A stretch of 60,768 bases of DNA, filler included, from Dugesia japonica (lineage: Eukaryota): the NCBI GenBank assembly GCA_001938525.1. It is 6 parts of 6 records of this genome, joined end to end, with 100 filler letters (N's around TTAATTAATTAA, not from the genome) between each part and the next. Parts side by side here need not be neighbours in the genome. Positions count along the whole stretch, not along the records: positions 32,848 to 43,073 come from MQRL01523693.1; positions 43,174 to 52,221 come from MQRL01403807.1; positions 52,322 to 60,768 come from MQRL01540484.1; 3 more parts are not named here. One strand, given 5' to 3'. Shown piece by piece: positions 38,610 through 52,679 of the stretch. How positions within the stretch are numbered: position 1 is the first letter of the stretch; each line of letters begins with the position of its first letter. Made by a program: the position numbers and the translations under genes. The notes under the pieces are model-generated. The model searched no databases, was not told the origin of the DNA, and was given only the letters and a program-made list of their open reading frames with translations.

Positions 38610-41600
38610 TGCAGATCATTTTTTTATATTAATATTATTTTAAAAATTATTTTAAAAAATGAAGANNNNNNNNNNNNNNNNNNNNNNNNNNNNNNNNNNN
38701 NNNNNNNNNNNNNNNNNNNNNNNNNNNNNNNNNNNNNNNNNNNNNNNNNNNNNNNNNNNNNNNNNNNNNNNNNNNNNNNNNNNNNNNNNNNNNNNNNNNN
38801 NNNNNNNNNNNNNNNNNNNNNNNNNNNNNNNNNNNNNNNNNNNNNNNNNNNNNNNNNNNNNNNNNNNNNNNNNNNNNNNNNNNNNNNNNNNNNNNNNNNN
38901 GCAAGAAGAATAATAAATGAAATGCATCCAGAATGTGAAAGAAAATCAAAAGTGTTGGAAGAAGACGAATATTGGAAATACGTTTTGGAAAAAGAATTGC
39001 TCGATATTAAGGATGTCTTATTCGTTTTCGAAAACGAATTCGAAATAGCAAACCTATGTGAAAACGATCCGTGTCCATACTAGAAAATGGAGAAAATTAT
39101 TAGGGAAAGATTTCCATGATTTTGTAAGTGGTTGAAAATATTAGTTTGTTATTAAACAAATTTTAGTTTANNNNNNNNNNNNNNNNNNNNNNNNNNNNNN
39201 NNNNNNNNNNNNNNNNNNNNNNNNNNNNNNNNNNNNNNNNNNNNNNNNNNNNNNNNNNNNNNNNNNNNNNNNNNNNNNNNNNNNNNNNNNNNNNNNNNNN
39301 NNNAAACATTATATTTATGGGTAATTACTCAGTTATATAAAAGACATTAAATTTTTGGGTAAATACTCAATTACATAAAACATATTTTTTGGGTAATTAC
39401 TCAGTTATATAGATTATATTATATCATTGAGTATTTAACCAAAAATATAAACTGTTTTATATAATTGAGTATATGATTCAACATTATAAAACAGTTGATA
39501 TTAAGTTGATATTTTTCATTTCAATTAATTATTAATTATTATTATTAATTTTAATTATAATTATAATTTTAATTACAATTATTATTTTGAGGTATTATTT
39601 TAAATATTAAATATACTATTCTTTGTTATCAAAAATAAATTTTTTGTTTTTTAAATTAATCATAAAGCTGATTTTGTGTTTGTCTTAATATTATAATTCT
39701 TAGCTTTTGAGATGTATATTTAAGTCAAGGTTAGTATTCGATTGGTATTTGGTGAATCCTTTGAATCGATTTATAAAATATTTATGTGTAATGTCTATGA
39801 ATCAACAGAATCTTTTGAATAGATAAACCAAATAAAAATGTACGATGTCTAAAAATAGCTTTAAAATATTTTATATTATTACTAGGTCCTTTTTGAACCT
39901 TTGCGGCNCACAGAATATTCTAAAACCCTCTTCGATACCTCCATGTGGAGCATGTACCACAGGTTAGAAATCTTTGGTCTATACATTGCCTAAAAGACTA
40001 CTATCGAATAAAGATTCCTTTCTACCGAAATATGTTGTAGCTTACCAATGTGCCATTTGTGCTGCCTATGCTGTCACCTAATTTTGTAGTGCTATTGTGC
40101 AACTGCACTTATACTACATTATTTTATACTATATAAAAAATATGAATAATTCCTCAGAAATAGTAGCACAAGAACACTACAGTCCTGGGAACACAGAACA
40201 TGATTCACTCCCACATACTTTAAATGTTGAATATATATCAGTATTTATATATAAATCCGTTAGTTTTTGTGAGCAATTTAAATTTTTTTAATTACACCTG
40301 TTTACATTAAAACGATTTACATTAAATAATACTATTGACAAAAAATTAAAATACAATTATAATTGCAAGATTCATTAATAAAACATAAATCATCTTTTAA
40401 TATGTTTTCTTATTAAATTTCAGCTGGTTTGCATTGAAAATCTAAAAATAAATTATTTAGGTTATATTAATAATAAAACTTTGCAATTAGAAGTCAAAAT
40501 TTCTGGACTAGCTTTGTGAAATCTTTAATTCTATACAATCAATTTTCACCACCTTGTTGTTGACCTCCGATAAATTATGGCAAGTCTCAACTCATGTGCG
40601 GATGACTGTACATTGCATGAATAGCTCGATCAATCATATCAACAATGAATATTTACTTGTAATCAAATGGTTTATACATCATATACTTTTCAGAAATGTA
40701 GGGTTAAACATGTTTTTAATTCATATGGAAAATTAATCAACCTTCCCGCATTATCAATTTTCTTTACTTCAATTTTGTATTTAGTCAAAATAAATAAATC
40801 AATTAACTAAATTAAAGAAATTAACAAATCAAATTATTATGAAGGACAGAATTCCGAAAAATTGTAATTAACTAAATAAAATACTAAATTTTATAAAGCC
40901 TTGAATAATGTACTAAAATTGAAATAATAAAATTGAAACAAAATTTTAAAAACTAAATTTTATTGAAAATACACATTTGCATTCATTCATTTAAGCAGAC
41001 GTAGTAAACAATAAAAACCTTTAACCAAATAATTTCTTCAATTATTGCATAAAAATTAGAGCAGCATGCATATTTATCATAGAAATTTCGAGTTTTCTCA
41101 CTCTAGATTGATTGATTTTAACTGCAATTTTCAGCAGTTTATACAGTTCTATTTTTGCGTACGTGTATTGTAATTTTTTTCTGATTAGATAAATTTTTAT
41201 TACGTATTTTCTTCTTTTCAGATTGGTCAATCTTCAATTCTATCTAGTTTTATTCCTAAAGTTTCATTTACGTTCTAACTTGAAATTCGGATTACCGATG
41301 ATTGATTTCAACGAAGTTCTTCGGCTTGCGAATTTTACTAATAATCCTAGCCAGCTAATTCTATATTTATATTTTGTATTTCGTTTGATTTCTTTATCTC
41401 ATATTTTAATCTGGAATTAAGTTTCTTTTCTTAGCCAACTTTGTAGTATTTTTTGACTTGCTTTCTCTCTTTAACTTTTTGTCTTTCGACCCTTGCTGTA
41501 ATTTTTCAATTTAAATGTGTTCTATCCCAAAAGTTACCCTCCATACAGAGAAAAATTCTGTTTTGCTCATTTGTGTTCGATAGCCCAAATGCTTTGAAAG

Positions 41601-43073
41601 TTCTTAAGAGTATGATATCTGATTGGTCATGAAAGCAAACTTTTTATTGTCCAATTACCAAAATTGCATATTAAATACATGTATTAACCCGCACAACATA
41701 TAAATATATAAATCCATATTCACATACCAGATACATATACACAATTTACAATAATACATAAAAATAACATGCATTATATTGCTATACAATCATATTTTGA
41801 TTACTTTGATCTTATGTTAGTATGAAGGTCTGCGAATGTAATATTTAGTTACTCTTTCTATGTATTTAGACGCCACTCATCTTCACCAAATCAATAGAGA
41901 GGTGATTCTTCTCGTCAATTTTTCAATCATTTATTTCATGGATAACAATTATTGTTGTTTTATGGATTGCTAATGATATAATTTTAGATTGACTGATTAT
42001 CGAAGATAAAGACCTAGATGTAATGCATGCTGCTGACATCGATACTTATATCCATATTGTAAGTCGTTCTTGTTTTGTATTTTGTTAACCTTCACCAGGT
42101 GTGTTTGAAAAGTGACTTGTTCTTTCACTGACAATCACCTCGATTTGAACCAATGCAGCTTTTATTTCCCTTTCTCAACTCTCGGAGTCCTTTTCAATTG
42201 GAATTGTTCTGTTTCCCAATGTTTCTTATTCAGTTTAATTAACCTCATCATTTAATCAGTGCCCCTCATTTAACCACTTGAGTTGTTAATTCAATCCTTC
42301 AATTGAGTGCATTTACAGTTCTGATAATACATTTATTGCGTTTGTCTAGTGATATTTTGATAGGTGTTTAATCTTTCTTTCTGAAACTCGTGAGAAATTT
42401 TTTTAATTTGATGTTTCTCTTAGTTAATTTTGTAATTACGCAATTTACTTTTCATTTATTTTTTGTTTGTTCGTCATACTGTTTTCAATTTCTATGGTTT
42501 CCATACAATGCTTGTTTTATCTGTTTTATACAACATCGTTTTGTATTTCTCACACTTTCCCTGGCTCGTAATTAGAGTTTGTTTATAATTGAATACTGCT
42601 TTCTCATAGATTTTTAACTGAGATTGGCTTTCATCCATATTTTTACTGGTCGTTATTTGGTAATTTTTGCATCTTTATCTACGTAGTCATAATTCTTTCT
42701 TTAGATTGCTTATTCTCGTCTCAAGTATCTTGACTACTTGTTGTATCACTTTTTAAATTTTTATTTACCCTTTTTTTGAAAAAAAATATCTTATTTCTGC
42801 TAAAATTACCCAAAAAATCGTAAATTGAATTTTTGACAAAAATATATGTTTACTCGACAAATTATTAATTATTTCAAGACTTAAAATATGGTATTTATTG
42901 ATCTTATTGGATGGTTCATAGATATTCTTTGAAATCTTTATTAACCATCGAGAATATTTTTTGTTTTTATTGACTATTGAGAACATTGAACACCACCTTG
43001 TGTTTGTTTTTACGTTTATTTATTGTATTCAATCTAAATTCTTCTTTTAATAAGACTTCTAAATTAACTTTAT

Positions 43074-43173
43074 NNNNNNNNNNNNNNNNNNNNNNNNNNN
43101 NNNNNNNNNNNNNNNNNTTAATTAATTAANNNNNNNNNNNNNNNNNNNNNNNNNNNNNNNNNNNNNNNNNNNN
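43074..43173. other. Artificial scaffold-joining spacer
   Basis: 44 N + TTAATTAATTAA + 44 N. Confidence 0.95.
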
Positions 43174-43834
43174 ATCAATAAATTCGTCCATCAAATATCC
43201 AATCTGATTCATATGATTATCCCATCGAAACGAATCCTCAATACTTTTCCTCGAACAATAAACACAACAAAACCAAACGCAAAACAATTTCCAAAACGGA
43301 ATCAACATCATTATTTTATCGCTAAATAGAAATTGCAATCAAATGAATAACTTACGTTTCTAACTTCATTGTGCTACGTCGAATTTTTGTTATATGCGAT
43401 CGTTACTTTGTTACGAAACAGTGCTGGAACTCAACTTGGTCTGATAATTACTGTTGAATCTAAATGGATCATTAATAACTCTCAACTGCTACTATTCGGA
43501 CCGGTTTCTTGTTCCTAGTGACAGTGTATCGAAATTATGAATGATACGCCGCTGAAAATTGCTACTTTTAATACACAGCTATAATACATGCTATAATTTT
43601 GCTGGGACATTGACGCGCTGTTGTCTCATTGGTTGATGGTTTGTTTAATAATTTTACTGAAATTTCATTGGATGCTGCCAACTAGCTCATGGAGATAGTA
43701 AAAATCAATATTTTGCTATATACAACTAACTAATATTGAAGGTTTGTTTATTGGTGAACACAGAAAAAATCGATAATGAATTAAAATAATAAATAAAATA
43801 AAATAAAACAGAAAATCGATAAAATAGAATTTAT

Positions 43835-45357
43835 TTATTCTACAACAGGACGAGGTCTTTTCAGCGATTTCTTTATCGATTCAGTTCTTATTGCGGTTTG
43901 AGTGGAACCGAATAACCATTTCTCGGTACTCAGTCGAGCATGCAATGCTTGCTGGAAAATCGCTCGCTCCAACTCGTCCATTCTAATCGCAGAAAACAAT
44001 TAATCAATAGAAACAAAACCAAATCCATCCCAACTTTAATCGGGATTTACTCCAAATATTTTCGTTGGCATAAAGAGCGTTGGAAATGAGAAAATGTAAC
44101 CGTTCCTAGAGAATTCATTTAATTTTATTAAATTGTAATTTTAATTAAAAATAATAATAACAATATGTTGCTACTGACAATTTGTAAGTAACACACAAAT
44201 TCATAATACTCACTACTTACTTGTAACAATTTCGAAACGGACATTGAAATATCATTTACAGTAAGAAATGTAATTCCTTCCGGCATTTTCATTGTCAAAT
44301 AATGCCAACAAACTTTGTAGAAATAAGTAAACCACTTGCGAACGTTATGCTCTTCTGGATCAGCAAGGTAAATATTCCGATATTTCGACTAGAATAAATT
44401 ATTTTACTATCATTCGATTGTTGATATCAATAACATACATATATACACACAACACACACACCAAGAGACACACAAATCATTTACAATTGTTGAGTTGGAT
44501 ATTAATATTTAATGATCACCTCTAATTTCACTATTATGTAACTGATTATGTAATAATAATTAATAAATAATTATTCACTCATTTCTTTATCGAACAGATA
44601 TAAGAAACAAAATTTACCATTTTATATCGAAATTATAGCAAATCTTCATAATAAAATATTCCAATTGACTTTGTAAAATGAAAATAATTAATCGATAATC
44701 GAATTTGTCCAATATTTCAATTACAAACGATTTACTAGTTAATCTTTCATTCAGAAAATTTATTTATATTTAGTTAAAATGGAAAATATATAGAAATAAT
44801 TATCAATCGATAAAAATTGATGTCAAATTTATTAAATTTCAATCAATATTATAATTAAATATTTGTTAATAATTTTTTTTTTGGAAATATTTCTGATTCG
44901 CATTCAATAAATCAAGCAAAATGAATTCAAATATATTCAAATGAAGAAATAACAAAGGTAAGTTAATAATAGTATTTCAGTGCTTACATGATTCTTAAAT
45001 AATGAAATATATAAAATAACAGAAAAATACAAAGTTATTAATTTACGGTAAATGGTTATTCCATGGAAAATTGTTGATGTAAAGAATTAAAATCAAATCT
45101 CAACTAACATTAAAAACTGTAGGCAATTGTGGGATAACCATGCCTTGTTGGGACAGTTTTTCAACAAGCCAAAGTGGTAGTTCTGCGTATGTTTGAGCTA
45201 CCAAATCATCGGTTTTGGTCTTTGCTGAATTTAAGTACCCAACAGAAGGCATGTCTGTATTGATTGTACATGGTACTTTTTCATTCGTTGCTAAAATATC
45301 ATCAATATTGAAATAATCTGCTGCTCGATAGAGACTGAAACCATCATTAACATTCAT
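43835..45357 (-). CDS. GINS3: DNA replication complex GINS subunit PSF3, 211 aa
   Basis: Exons 45357-45109, 44388-44221, 44105-44035, 43982-43835, all GT-AG and in phase. Motifs YFNIDDILATNEKVPC, ELPLWL, LADP, MDELERAIF; AATAAA at the stop. Confidence 0.9.
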
Positions 45358-46190
45358 TATATTTCAGCAATTATAAAAAAATCTAAAAAACGCCAACATG
45401 AAATATAAATTTCAAAATAATTAATTTTTTCAATTCTTTCATTAATAAAATTCCTTTAAAATTAAATAAAATTAAAAATTACATAAAATAAATTTTCTAC
45501 GATGAAATATGCGGCTTTAAAAGGAATATTAAAACAAAATACGCTTAACAATTAGATTGAATGATTAAATTTTGTACAAAATTCTCTATCATTATTAAAT
45601 TAATAACTATAGCAATGGTTTTCTAAATTTATACTTTAAAAGTATTCTTATACTTTTTTATTTTTGTTTTTATTCTTCATGTCTAAATGAATTTATACTT
45701 TGAAAATCGACAAGGATTATAAATTAAAATATTTAATAAATATAAATTAAAATATGATTACTTTTTTTAGTAAAATATAGTTCGAAAATTGACTCTTTTT
45801 AACTAATACAAAATATAAAATTTTGGTCATTTCTATTTTCATAACAAGAAATACGCGTAAAATGTTATTTATTCTTTCGACAATGGTAACAAATGGGAAG
45901 GTTCGCGGTAACAAATGGGTTAACAAGTAAATTAATTAAAATCTTATAGTTGCTGTCCATTAATCGGGTGGGGTTCAAAGACGATATTATGTGAACATTT
46001 TTTTACCATAAATTTAACAAATTAAAAAATATTAGTCAAAATATTGTTAATTTTCATGGAGGGGTAAACATTTGTTTACATAATTTTATTAAGTGTCATT
46101 GACAATTTGACAGCTTTTGACAAAAGGGTTGAAAATGTCTGGAAATTGTTGACATAATTAAACAACAGTACCTTATTGAAAAGTAAATAA

Positions 46191-46535
46191 GGGACTGTGC
46201 ATAAAGTATGTCACACTATTTTGTACTTAATTGTACTTTCTCCTCCTCTGTCACAATCTATCACAAATCTTGAACACCCGACCACATTTAATTTGAGTCA
46301 TTGATTACAAAATTCAATAAAACATTATAAAATTATAATTAATATGCACGTTTAGTGTATATTTTGTAAGATTACATCCATCACAACACAAAGTTAAGCA
46401 TCATAGTTAATATCAGGTTTTACATTTTTGATAAAAATTAAAAAATTTACCTCCCATGATCTTTATCCTCTTGTTACAAACTGTCACACTTTCTTACACT
46501 CGCTTCCGGAGCCTGATATACTTTATAGGCTACCA
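46191..46535. mobile_element. PIF/Harbinger-like MITE
   Basis: Imperfect TIRs GGGACTGTGCATAAAGTATGTCA / TGATATACTTTATAGGCTACCA flanked by TAA-type triplets; a related end lies at about 31411-31437. Confidence 0.5.
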
Positions 46536-46984
46536 TTAAATATATTTTTGACTGTTTAATTAAAAGCTTCATTGACTTAAAATGTTTAGAAATTTATTAC
46601 TGTGTTCATTTTATAAAAATCTTTTAAAAGTTTATAAATTTAAAATTAAACTTATTTCTACAAGTTTGGTATTACTATTAATGGAAATTAACATTTGTTA
46701 ATTTTAATTTTGTTTAAAGGTTGTACAATAGTACAAAGTTTATGTTGTAAAGCAAAGATTATATGGTAAATTTCACAGCCAGAACTTATTACAAGTTAAA
46801 TATTTTTATGCAAACAAATTACATCGAAATGTGATTCAGGTTTATGCGGCGCTTATACAGCATCCCCTCATGTTAATTATTTTATTTTCATAATTATTTC
46901 AATATTCTTATTATTATATACAGAAAATTATACACAATTTTGATTTCATGCTTGAAAAAATTAACAGATGTTGAAATAAATAAT

Positions 46985-47470
46985 TCCTCAAGCTAATTTG
47001 GGATCTCCGCTTCACTTTTTAAAGAAATCCTTGAAAAGAACAGCTGAAGGTTCCAAAAGAGATGATAATCCGATGAAATAAACTTGAAAGAGTATTGCGG
47101 ATGTAGGATAATCTCACAATACACCACCAGAATTTCTATTTTCTTTTGATTTACAGTGTGTGGCCTAGTGTTGTCGTGTAAGAGAACTATTAAATGTTTT
47201 AAACTCGGTAGTTTTAGTTGTATTCCTTCTTTTAGGCGTTGAGGCTGTTGACAGTAGATTTTAGCATTGATTGCCATTTTTTTCTTAAGTATTTCGTAAT
47301 AGATAATCTTATTACATCCCACCAGAGGTACAAAGTTATCTTCTACTGATGAAGATCTGGCTTTGTTTAAGGTTTAGCTTGCTTGTCAGGGCTAAACCAT
47401 TGGTTCCTTTGTTTTAAATTGACCATTAAAACACACCATGTTTTACCATCTGTAATTATGCTAGATAGAA
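46985..47470 (-). pseudogene. mariner transposase fragment
   Basis: IITDGKTWC, LWWD, LLHDNTRPHT, LHPQYSFKFISSDYHLF (HDNARPH and YSPDLAPSD equivalents). Confidence 0.9.
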
Positions 47471-47539
47471 AGGATTAATATTTTTTCATTAATAAATTTA
47501 TGACTTTCGGCTTTTTTAAGAAAACGATTTACAAAAATA

Positions 47540-48817
47540 ATTTCGAACCAAAGCACAACAATTTCAAAACACACTCACATTCCCCCTTTTAAGAATTTTT
47601 TTGATCTTTTCTGCGTTTCTTTCGAGACTTTTTCTGTTTGTATCTACAAGGATATAACGTCTGTCGCGAACCTTTCCTTTCATCCTATAAGGTCCTTCAA
47701 ATCGATCTTGGTTCTTGTTTCTTGTTTGAACTTTCACAAAAACCTCATCATCAACCTTGAATTGTCTTTTGGTCAATATCTTTTTATCTTGTTTTTCTGC
47801 TCTTTTTGAGAATCTGTTTCTTACCATTTTTCTCTGCTTATTCTCTTTCCAAATACGATTTCAGCAGGGTTTATCCTGATAGTCTTCAGTTTTGTAGCAT
47901 TCGAAGTAAATTATATCTCCAGCAATACATCAACCCAATGTGAAGTTTTCCTTTCTTTAAGTGTCGCATTTATTATATCTCATATAGTTCTAAACTGCAT
48001 CTTGATTTGTCCATTTGTGTTATGATATGGATTCGAAAACCTGAGGGTAATTCAATGTTCAGCTGCAAAATCTTTCATTGATTTAGACTTAAAGGCTCTT
48101 CCACAATCAACCCTAACTTCTCTCGACACCCGAACTTTAATATCCACTTCTCCATTATTGCTTTCCGTATAGTATCTTCATCTTATCTTGTCATTGCTAT
48201 ATACTTAATGCATTGGTCTATTATACCGAGAACATATCTTTTTGACCTCTTGTCTCTTGAAAGGGTCTACATATATCTATAAATAACAACTGAAACAGTT
48301 CTGCTGGCTGTCATTTTCATTTTTTCCTTCGTTTTTGTTGTTAACACTTTAGCTTTCTATCATGTTATACAGCTTCGGAAAACCTCTTTTAATTTACTTC
48401 ACAAATGTTTTGCGTTGTATACGTTGCTACTTTTCTACTCCAACATCACACAATAAATATTTCATCATCATTATAATCTCTTCTTCTTTATCATCAGGTA
48501 TCCATGTTCCTTCATTATTTTCTCCAAAATTGTCTTGCTTCTCTTGGATATCTACTGTATTTAACATCCTTGTTTTTAATTTTCCACTCTTGGAATCTTC
48601 ATGTGACATTAGACATTGTACAAATGGATCGCATTGACTCCTTGACAACATATCCGCATTTTTATGAAGCCATCCTTTTCTATATTCCAATTTTATATCT
48701 AAACTGCTGAAATAATTAATCCAAGTTTGAAACTGTGATGTAATCGGCTTCTTGGTATTAAGCATAAAAATGATAGCTTTATGGCCTGTTGTAAAAGTAA
48801 ATCTCTTCCCATATAAG
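47540..48817 (-). mobile_element. Ty3/Gypsy RNaseH end and integrase, PPT and start of 3' LTR
   Basis: LYGKRFTFTTGHKAI, LEYRKGWLHKNADMLSR, DRFEGPY; polypurine tract AAAAGGGGGAA followed by TG at about 47579. Confidence 0.85.
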
Positions 48818-49044
48818 TTGTTAGCGGGTTCATATTTACTACTAAAATCTTCATTCATAATTATAAAATAATAAGAAAATCTGAAATGGTTTTAATACTA
48901 AAATTTATTAATATTTACAAAATTGATAAATTTACAACTAATTTATAACTTCAAAAATAAATTAATAAAATAAATAATAAAACAATTAATGTAGAATTCA
49001 GAAAAACTTACACAAATCAAATCTTCAGTATAAAACAATAACTT

Positions 49045-52000
49045 GCAATGTTTTTCATATAAATTCCTAACAAAATTTTACAGTACGTTTTTTCAAATAA
49101 ACTCAGTCTCCATATTAAAAAAAAATTGTAATCGCTCAATAATTAAAAATTATTTAATTTACATACATATAAAATACTTAAAATATTCAAAAATTTCCTC
49201 ACGTTCCCCATCTCAAGAATTTTTTAAGGTTTTCGACATTCCATGTAAGCTTCTTGCCGTCTTGACCGACTAACATATATTATCTATCGTGAACATTCTC
49301 TTCTATCTTGTAGGCACCTTCATATCTATCTTTCCCTTTATCTCTCGCTTCAATTTCAACCAAGACCTCTTCACCGACCTGAAAGTTTCTTCTTGCTGGA
49401 AACTTGTTAGAATTTTGTGTTTTTGTCTTCTTTGTTCTTTGACTGTCATTTTTCTCGACTTATCTGCAAACCAAAAACCATTTCTGCCGAACTCAATTGC
49501 GCTGTTTTTTGTTTAGTCGCATTTATTACAAATTTATGACAATAATTCCACCCAATTCGATGTCCGCCTCTCTTACATTGTGGCATTCATAAATTCCCGT
49601 ACCGTCCGGAACTGTCGCTCAATCTGTCCATTAGTTTTATGATGGTAAGGACTCGCAAAATTCCAGACGTTCTTTAATTTATTTGCGAAATCTATCATCT
49701 CCCTAGCTTCAAATACTCTGCCGCAATTCGATCTAATTTCTCTAAGGCATCTAAATCTCAATATTCATTGTGTCCATATGTTCACCCGAATCGATAGTTC
49801 GTCCTGCCTGGCCAAAGCTATCAGCCTCACATTTTTGATACATTGGTCAATCATGCCCAGAATATATTGCTTCCTTCCTTTGGCTTCTTTTAAAAGTCCG
49901 CAGATGTCAGTAAACATCACCTCAAACCGTTCAAAATTTTCTGACCAAACCGTAGGTTCCTTAACTCCCACCGTATTAGTTTTCGCTTTTTGACACCATA
50001 TAAAAGTTTGAACCAAATCTTTCGTCATTTCTCTCAAACGGTCTCCAGCATTCTCGCACAAATGTAGTCCTTTGTCTTTTCCACTCCTGCATGGCATAGA
50101 AACCTGTGAATCTCCCAAATTTGTTTATCTAGCTCCTCCGCTGTTATATACGTTTTTCTTCCTTTTCTATAGTTCCTTTCGTATCATTAATCTCAGTTTT
50201 AACGCCTTAAACACAATCTTGAGTCTGAAACAACCTCATCTTAGGCTTCTATCTTTCATCTGGTATTGTGTAGATTTATCACAATTTAAAATACTGAGTG
50301 TATCTGTATTCCCGTGAAAAGTACCTTTTCTATATTCCAACTTGATGTCAAGGCTGCTACAAAAATTAATCCACATTTGGAACTGGCTAGTAATCGGTTT
50401 TTTTTTCTTAACATAAACGTAATTGCTTTGTAATCCGTTCTAAGTGTGAAACTTTTCCCATATAGATAATGTTTAAAATGTAAGCAAAAAAAACTGCTTG
50501 CAATTCTTTCCATGTTATAAAATAACCCATCTCATGATTAGACATCGCGTGTGAACCGTACGCAATCACCCTTTCTTTCTTATATTCGTCTTTTTGTGAC
50601 AAAACTGCACCAACCGTGCTAAAACTGGAGTCCGCGTCTAAGATGAATTATCTCCGTAGATCTGGAAATCCCAACACTGGTGTTGTGGTCAGTGCTATTT
50701 TCAATATTCAAAAATCTCTGACAACTCTGCAGACCAAACTAATTTTGTGTTTCTTTGACCACTGCACAATGGTTCCAGTTTCCTAGCTTTTATTGCGTAA
50801 TTTTTAATAAACTTGTTATAGTAGTTGCAGATATCAAGGAAACTACGTAGTTTCTTCACACATTTTGGTTCTCCAAAAGATTTAATTGCTTTTACTTTTA
50901 CTGGGTCGATCTGAATACCTTTTTCACTTATTATGTGACCTAAAACGTTTATCTCTCGTTTCATGAAAAAACATTTTTTCGGATTGATTCTCAGACCTGC
51001 TTTTAAAATTCTGTCTAAAACCTTTTCTATAATCACATAATGTTCCTCCCTAGATTTTGAAAATACCAATATGTTATCCAGGTATACCATGGCTTCTTGT
51101 ACTCATTTTATTACTTCCATCATCATCTCCTGAAAAGTCCCAGGAGCTGCCGCTATTCCAAACGGCATTTGGTTAAAACAATATTGTCCCTGCTTTGTGG
51201 AAAACGCTGTCTTTCTTAAGAGTCCTGATCCAATTCCACCTAGTAATACGAATTTCCCGGTCTATGAAACTGAAATAGGTATTCTCGCTCAATGCATCCA
51301 GCATTTCTTCAATATTTGGCATTGGAAATGCTTGTCTTTCTGTATTCTCATTCAATCTTCTAAAATCCAGACATAATCTTATGTCTTTTTTCTTCCTCTT
51401 CCACACACATACCAAAGGTGTGTTCCAAGGTGAATTACACTTTCAAATAATGTCATTCTCAAACATATTCTTTATTGCATCATCTATCTTATTTTCAAGG
51501 TGCATCAGCTGGCTATATGGTTTCACATTAATATGTACACTTTTTGTAGTGATTTTATGTTTGATTAGATGAGTCCTGCCCACATCCTATTTATCCGCCA
51601 TGAATACTTCTTCTCTCATTCGGCCTATCTCCTTTAAACTATTGTCACCTCCCCATTCTATAATAACACTCGCCCTTTGACAGCATTCGTCCTTTTTAAT
51701 ATCTGCCAAAATTTGCCTCCAAATTACAGAAATAGCTTTTTCCTTCGTCTTTTAGTCGTCTTTCCTCATTTTGCTTTAATCGAAATCCAAAAATGTTCAA
51801 GAATTCCATTACTCCAATCATATCCGGTAGAACTTGACTTCCCACTATAAAAGCTATTCGTTCCGTCCTGTCACCTACCGTCACATCCAACCTCATTTTT
51901 CCCATCGTTTCTAACATGCTGTCGTTAGTACAGCGTAATTTCAAATCCCATTCCTCTGACTGTTTACACCCCAATTTTTCCAACTGTCCACACTCAACAC

Positions 52001-52221
52001 ATTAATTCCAGCTACCATATACAACAGACAGTGCATCCACACTCCTTCAACATGAACACTAGGTCTACCCTGAAATCTATTATAATCTATCTCCATTTGT
52101 CGACACGTCTCCAACACATTTACTGAATCCATATTACTCTTCTCTTCAAATGAATCTCTGCATATAAATCTAAACACATTTTCTGTCACTACCTCTGCAT
52201 TTTCCCACCCTTCTATACACC
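49045..52221 (-). mobile_element. Ty3/Gypsy pol pseudogene (PR-RT-RH-IN)
   Basis: IRLCLDFRRLN, FPMPNIEE, MPFG, VYLDNIL, IAYGS, LRTDYKA, SPYHHKTNGQIER in gypsy domain order; purine tract at about 49203-49215. Confidence 0.92.
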
Positions 52222-52321
52222 NNNNNNNNNNNNNNNNNNNNNNNNNNNNNNNNNNNNNNNNNNNNTTAATTAATTAANNNNNNNNNNNNNNNNNNNNNNN
52301 NNNNNNNNNNNNNNNNNNNNN
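52222..52321. other. Artificial scaffold-joining spacer
   Basis: 44 N + TTAATTAATTAA + 44 N. Confidence 0.95.
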
Positions 52322-52411
52322 CCGCGGTTTCAGTTTATAAAACTGTGTACTTAGACATACATGGCTTAATCTTTGAGATAAGCATATGACTACTGTCAGG
52401 ATTAACCAGAA
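52322..52411 (-). rRNA. 18S rRNA 5'-end fragment, degenerate and cut by the scaffold end
   Basis: CTGGTTAATCCTGACAGTAGTCATATGCTTATCTCAAAGATTAAGCCATGTATGTCTAAGTAC matches the universal 18S 5' end with 4 substitutions. Confidence 0.85.
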
Positions 52412-52679
52412 ATCAGCAATCAATTCAATAATTTTAATCAATATTTAATATTTTTTCGTTAATTGAGATCAATTGACCAATAATTGTGATACATTTGTTT
52501 GTTTGACTATTATCATTTTCAATAAGAGAGATGAAATTTAATAATTAACAAAAAAATAAAGTAAAACAAAATTTTGAGTTAAACATTCACTTTTATTGAA
52601 CATTTAAAAATTATATTACAATTGCAATTATTGCGAGAACAATTGTTGGACATAAACATTGATAGTTTTTCAGAATTCA

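Noticed and set aside
40750-42760. Degenerate LINE on the minus strand (similar hints at 23520-25250 and 54690-55640)
   Set aside because: Only scattered motif-like words (EIKAALVQI, ITFADL, ILISIY); too decayed to delimit or classify by eye.
43174-43325. Terminal exon of a gene convergent with PSF3
   Set aside because: The open frame is preceded by an in-frame stop and no acceptor site is visible.
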